Positions 59,524 to 64,000 of a DNA stretch of 64,000 nucleotides are shown here, one piece after another. This stretch comes from Patescibacteria group bacterium. Its GTDB lineage: Bacteria > Patescibacteriota > Patescibacteriia > Magasanikbacterales > GWA2-37-8. Both the position numbers and the translations under genes were made by a program. The number at the start of each line of letters is the position of its first letter. The stretch's first letter is position 1. Where the stretch lies: assembly GCA_041661385.1 (NCBI GenBank), contig JBAZUP010000003.1, forward strand, positions 36,299-100,298, written 5' to 3'. The notes below the pieces were generated by a model, which saw only the letters and a program-made list of their open reading frames with translations, was not told where the DNA came from and did no database searches.

Positions 59524-61657
59524 GAAATCGTATCTTAAAAAGAAACTGATATTAGGACATATTTGCCTGTTTATCGGAATAATACTCGGATTAATTATCG
59601 CAACACAAACTTTAGTCAAAATATTAGGATACCACGAAATTTTTGGACAACCGTTATTCAAAATAAGCGCTTACAGCGTTTACCCGTTTTGGAAATATCC
59701 CTACTGGTATTACTATTATGCAAACCATCTACCAAAAGCGTTTAACATGGCAAACACCGGGATAATTATTGGATTTGCGTTAGGTGTTGGATTGGCTGTT
59801 ATCGGCAGATTTTACATCAATAAACGCTATTACTCCGATACTCACGGAACCGCGGATTGGGCAAGCATGGAAGACATCGAAAAAACCGGACTTTTAGAAG
59901 AAGACGGCGTTATTCTAGGAATGGACAAAACTGGAAAAAATTTTCTACGGCACAACGGACCAGAACACGTAATCTGTTTTGCACCAACCCGAAGCGGTAA
60001 AGGTGTAGGTGTAATAATACCAACGTTGCTTACATGGTTTCACTCCGTAGTAATTACTGACATTAAAGGCGAAAACTGGGCGATTACCGCAGGATATAGA
60101 AAAAACTGTCTAAAAAACAAAACAATAAAATTCGATCCTATAAAAGTATCAGAAGATGCAACAGCATCAGCAAGTTTTAATCCGTTAAAAGAAATACGAC
60201 TAAGAACAATGACTGAAGTTCGTGACGTACAAAACATTGTAAGTATTTTAGTAGATCCGGACGGCAAAGGCGACGGTGGTCCAGACGCACATTGGAAACA
60301 ATCTGCAGCAGTATTACTTACAGCGTGCATCATACATCTATTATATGTAGATGCTGAAACCTCACTAAATGATTTAGTAACATTTATTTCTTCACCGGAA
60401 AGACCATTAAAAGAAACAGATGAAAGCGAAGGCACGCTTAATTTCATGATTAATTATAAACATGAAATACTTAACAAAGAAGAACTCATAAAAAAACACG
60501 GCAAGGATTCATTATTATTATCAGAAATATATATTAATCAAATAGCAGGAAACAAAACCCACCCAATAGTAGCTGAATCAGCACGCGAAATGCTAAACAA
60601 AAGTGACAATGAATTATCCGGTGTAGTATCAACAGCAGTTACTTTACTTAGCTTATACAGAGATCCGTTAGTAGCACGTTACACAGCTAAAAGTGATTTC
60701 ACAATATCAGATTTAATGAATCACAGTCATCCGGTTTCATTATATTTATGTGTACCACCTTCAGATATTACTCGCCTAAAGCCTTTAACACGAATGATTA
60801 TTAATCTTATTATCTGTCGTTTAACAGAAAAAATGGATTTTAAGGATGGCCAACCAATAAAAAGCTACAAACACCGATTACTTTTGCTAATGGACGAATT
60901 TCCAGCACTGGGGAAATTAGAACTGTTTGAACAATCTATGGCATACATTGCCGGCTATGGCATGAAAGCGTTGCTAATAATTCAAGACTTAGCGCAATTA
61001 ACCAAAGCTTATAAAGCCGACAACGCCATTTTAGGAAACTGCCATATACGAATGGCATACACACCTAACGACATTAAAACTGCCGAATACATATCAAAAC
61101 TTCTCGGCACCCGAACAGTAGTCTTAGAATCAAAATCCTACAATAACGGCAACATTTTCACGCGAGAATCAACATCGATGCAGGAAGTAAAACGCGATTT
61201 ATTAACACCAAGTGAGGTAACACAAATTCCAGCTAATGTTGAAATAGTATTTATTGCCGGACATCCACCAATTTGGGGTAAAAAAATCAAACATTGGAAA
61301 GAGCCGATATTCAAAAAACGTTTGCAAGATCCCCCTAAACAAAGCGACAAAATTAAACTAGTCAAAAAGAAAGAAGATGTTAAATCAAGCGCGCTACCGA
61401 TAAAACAAACAGTAAAAATCGAAAAACAAACCGAAAAAACAATCATTGAAGAAACTAATACCGAACAATTGAAAGGAGACGAAACAGAAACTCAAACCAC
61501 AACAAATTTTCCGAAAAAAGTTTTTACACCAATTATTTACGAACCAACCGGAATTAGCGCCATTATTGAAAACCATGACGCAAACAACACAATCGAAATA
61601 ACTCATGACGAAGAAAACGAAGAAAACTGTGAGTATGAAGAAAACGACGAAGTGTAA
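59516..61657 (+). CDS. VirD4/TraG-family type IV coupling protein
   Basis: two N-terminal TM, Walker A PTRSGKGVG, Walker B LLLMDEFPALG. Confidence 0.85.
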   Translation: MDKKSYLKKKLILGHICLFIGIILGLIIATQTLVKILGYHEIFGQPLFKISAYSVYPFWKYPYWYYYYANHLPKAFNMANTGIIIGFALGVGLAVIGRFYINKRYYSDTHGTADWASMEDIEKTGLLEEDGVILGMDKTGKNFLRHNGPEHVICFAPTRSGKGVGVIIPTLLTWFHSVVITDIKGENWAITAGYRKNCLKNKTIKFDPIKVSEDATASASFNPLKEIRLRTMTEVRDVQNIVSILVDPDGKGDGGPDAHWKQSAAVLLTACIIHLLYVDAETSLNDLVTFISSPERPLKETDESEGTLNFMINYKHEILNKEELIKKHGKDSLLLSEIYINQIAGNKTHPIVAESAREMLNKSDNELSGVVSTAVTLLSLYRDPLVARYTAKSDFTISDLMNHSHPVSLYLCVPPSDITRLKPLTRMIINLIICRLTEKMDFKDGQPIKSYKHRLLLLMDEFPALGKLELFEQSMAYIAGYGMKALLIIQDLAQLTKAYKADNAILGNCHIRMAYTPNDIKTAEYISKLLGTRTVVLESKSYNNGNIFTRESTSMQEVKRDLLTPSEVTQIPANVEIVFIAGHPPIWGKKIKHWKEPIFKKRLQDPPKQSDKIKLVKKKEDVKSSALPIKQTVKIEKQTEKTIIEETNTEQLKGDETETQTTTNFPKKVFTPIIYEPTGISAIIENHDANNTIEITHDEENEENCEYEENDEV

Positions 61658-61678
61658 ATAAATTATAAGGAGAATAAA

Positions 61679-62005
61679 ATGGCAAGCACTAAAACTATTG
61701 AAGAAAAACTAGCTGCGGAAATCGAATCAAGAAAAAAAAGTGACCAAAGAATCAAAAATTACAAAGAAGAAATGCGAAAAAAACGATCTCATCACCTATG
61801 TGAAGTAGGCGGCTTAGTTGTAAAAGCCGAATTAGACAAGATGGAGCCCGAAGTCCTTTTAGGCGCATTTTTGAAAATCAAAGAAATGATGCTTGAAAAC
61901 GAGGGTTATATCAAAGAATGGCAACACATTGGAATACAAGTTTTCGAAAAAGACAAAAAAATAAAAGATACTGAAGCAAAAACCGCAAAAAAAGCAGCAC
62001 AATGA
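61679..62005 (+). CDS. small charged hypothetical protein within transfer operon
   Basis: ATAAGGAGAATAAA RBS. Confidence 0.45.
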   Translation: MASTKTIEEKLAAEIESRKKSDQRIKNYKEEMRKKRSHHLCEVGGLVVKAELDKMEPEVLLGAFLKIKEMMLENEGYIKEWQHIGIQVFEKDKKIKDTEAKTAKKAAQ

Positions 62006-63015
62006 CCAAACCCAAAATGCAAAACGACACACAGCTTACAAATGAAGAAAAACTACTACTAACAATGCTTGAATCTTCATTTGGGCCTGAAATCAACAAA
62101 TATCTTAATGATAATTCGGTAATTGAAATTATGGTTAATCCGGATAGTAAATTATGGGTTGATTATCTAGGCCGTGGCCGCGTCGATACAGGTATAAAGT
62201 TTTCATCGGTTTCAGCCAAACAAATTATTGAGCTAGTTGCTTCCGGTTCAAATTCAATTTGCAACTATGCAAATCCGATAATCAGCGCCGAATTACCCGG
62301 CAGCGGTGCACGTTTTCAAGGAATGTTACCGCCGATTGTAGCAAAACCAACATTTACTATTCGAAAAAAAGCAATTTTAGTTTATACCTTACAAGATTAC
62401 GTAGACCAGAAAATTCTGAGCATTAATCAAAAAAACATAATAATTAACGCCGTAAAAAACAAAAAAAACATGTTGATAGTAGGAGGTACACAATCAGGAA
62501 AAACAACCTTTGCAAATGCGGTCCTAAAAGAAATTGCCAAAACCGGTGACCGACTCGTGCTTATTGAAGACACATTAGAACTCCAATGCCAAGCAGAAGA
62601 CTATTTAACACTAAGAACTTTTAATAACGGTATAAAAGAAATTACTATGACCGAATTATTGAAATCAACAATGCGAATGCGCCCGGACCGAATAATCATC
62701 GGCGAAGTCAGAGGAGCAGAAGCTTTACCGCTATTAAAAGCTTTTAACACGGGACATCCCGGAGGTTTATGTACAATTCACGCGGATGGGGCGCTAGAAG
62801 GACTAACACGACTGGAAGAATTGGTTCAGGAAGCATCAGTAACACCACAAAAGAAAACAATCGCCCGCACAATCAATTTGATAATTTATATCGAAAAAAC
62901 CGTTACTGAAGATGAAAACGGAAAAATGAAACACGGACGAACCGTAAAAGAAATTGTCACAATATATCCGAAGATGACAACAGAAAATGAATATACTTAC
63001 AAATTTGAAGAATAA
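62002..63015 (+). CDS. VirB11/TrbB-family T4SS ATPase
   Basis: Walker A GGTQSGKTT; RPDRIIIGEVRG; His-box. Confidence 0.85.
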   Translation: MTKPKMQNDTQLTNEEKLLLTMLESSFGPEINKYLNDNSVIEIMVNPDSKLWVDYLGRGRVDTGIKFSSVSAKQIIELVASGSNSICNYANPIISAELPGSGARFQGMLPPIVAKPTFTIRKKAILVYTLQDYVDQKILSINQKNIIINAVKNKKNMLIVGGTQSGKTTFANAVLKEIAKTGDRLVLIEDTLELQCQAEDYLTLRTFNNGIKEITMTELLKSTMRMRPDRIIIGEVRGAEALPLLKAFNTGHPGGLCTIHADGALEGLTRLEELVQEASVTPQKKTIARTINLIIYIEKTVTEDENGKMKHGRTVKEIVTIYPKMTTENEYTYKFEE

Positions 63016-63026
63016 GGAGAATTAAA

Positions 63027-63380
63027 ATGAAAAATTCCAACTCAAACAGCACACCAACAACAACTAAGAAAAACTTCTTCAAAACACTTCTATCCAATTA
63101 CACCTTGCAATTAACACTGGTAGTAACAATTTCGACCATTTCCCAAACAAATGTTAGTTATGCTTATCCGTGGGACGGTTTCATATCAAAAGTGAAAGAT
63201 GAATTAACCGGACCACTGGCACAGGGATTAACGGTAATTGCAATAGCGATTTCAGGTTACGCTATGACAATGGGTGAACATCAAGGCCTTACTCAAAAAC
63301 TAATAAAAGTTGCCTTTGGCGCATCTCTGGCAATGGGTGCAATACAATTAATGGATTTGATAAAATCCAGCGCGGGTTAA
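63027..63380 (+). CDS. VirB2/TrbC-like pilin
   Basis: long signal/leader then two hydrophobic segments, Gly/Ala-rich. Confidence 0.55.
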   Translation: MKNSNSNSTPTTTKKNFFKTLLSNYTLQLTLVVTISTISQTNVSYAYPWDGFISKVKDELTGPLAQGLTVIAIAISGYAMTMGEHQGLTQKLIKVAFGASLAMGAIQLMDLIKSSAG

Positions 63381-63392
63381 TTCGAGGTATTT

Positions 63393-63641
63393 ATGGAAGG
63401 ATTTGAAGTACCAATTACTCGCAGCCTAACAGAAAAAATACTGATTATGGGGCTACCGCGCGAAGTATTTTTTATGAACGGTACAATAGCAGCCATTCTT
63501 CTCCTTGGAACACATCAATGGTATTTACTGCCAATAAGTCTCGTAATTCATATCATTGCCAGCCACTATACAAAAAAAGACACATTTTTCTTCGATTGCT
63601 TTAAACGCTATATCAAAAGAGCATCATATTTCGACGCATAA
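63393..63641 (+). CDS. VirB3/TrbD-like protein
   Basis: small, single TM, position before VirB4. Confidence 0.55.
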   Translation: MEGFEVPITRSLTEKILIMGLPREVFFMNGTIAAILLLGTHQWYLLPISLVIHIIASHYTKKDTFFFDCFKRYIKRASYFDA

Positions 63642-63653
63642 AAGAGGTTAATT

Positions 63654-64000
63654 TTGTTAAATTTAAGAGAATATCGACCAAAAAGAAGCCGGATAACAGA
63701 TTATATTCTCTGGCTGCTGATGTGGGAAGACGGATTAGTTGTTAACAAAGATGGAAGTATGCAAAAAACTTTCCGGTTTCGCGGTAACGACCTCGATAGT
63801 GCAACACAGGGAGAATTACTAAACGTTGTTGCACAAGTAAATAACGCCTTGAAACGCTTAACTGAAGGCTGGGTTATTTATGTAGATGCAATCCGTAAAA
63901 AAAACAACTACTACCCAAAATCAGACTTTCCGGATCCGCTTTCATTCATGATTGACGAAGAACGACGAAAACTCTTCAAAAGCGGTGTACATTATGAAAG
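63654..64000 (+). CDS. VirB4/TrbE-family T4SS ATPase, N-terminal part (runs off window; TTG start)
   Basis: LLNLREYRP...DYILWLLMWEDGLVVNKDGSMQKTFRFRGNDLDSAT...IDEERRKLF; AGAGGT RBS. Confidence 0.8.
   Translation, partial: MLNLREYRPKRSRITDYILWLLMWEDGLVVNKDGSMQKTFRFRGNDLDSATQGELLNVVAQVNNALKRLTEGWVIYVDAIRKKNNYYPKSDFPDPLSFMIDEERRKLFKSGVHYE

Overview
AT-rich (~33% GC), Shine-Dalgarno-dependent, almost entirely plus-strand coding 64-kb segment. It looks like a large conjugative plasmid (or ICE-like element) of a low-GC bacterium. Backbone modules: (i) iteron-type replicon: Rep_3-family initiator 49629-50831 flanked by 21-22-bp iteron arrays, ParA 47901-48677 plus RHH ParG-like 48919-49173, and a serine resolvase 24675-25259; (ii) IncP/IncQ-like transfer region: putative oriT ~53105-53290 with an RSF1010-like nick motif, MobA/MobL (MOBQ) relaxase, topoisomerase III, DnaG-like primase, and a P-type T4SS (VirB8/9/10, VirD4, VirB11, VirB2, VirB3, VirB4 N-terminus running off the window); (iii) the ~50-kb region upstream of oriT resembles a leading/establishment region: NAD-dependent ligase LigA, beta-clamp DnaN homologue, SSB, MazG-like, RadC/JAB, DprA/SLOG-like, two orphan DNA methyltransferases (N6-A and a multispecific-type C5), three toxin-antitoxin pairs (PemIK-like, YefM-YoeB, TacT-like GNAT), many XRE-type HTH regulators, two tRNA genes (Ser-UGA, Tyr-GUA) and dozens of small hypothetical, Cys-rich or membrane proteins that occur as paralog families. 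Most notable non-coding content: three copies of a ~215-bp GC-enriched structured repeat with compensatory base changes (candidate ssDNA promoter/ssi or leader RNA); a pervasive ACTAACTAA/TTAGTTAGT palindromic promoter-operator motif in at least 18 intergenic regions; a 280-bp GC-rich structured element ending in a terminator abutting an RBS; several other intergenic repeat families. Coordinates I derived myself (not from the ORF track) are approximate to +/-2 nt.
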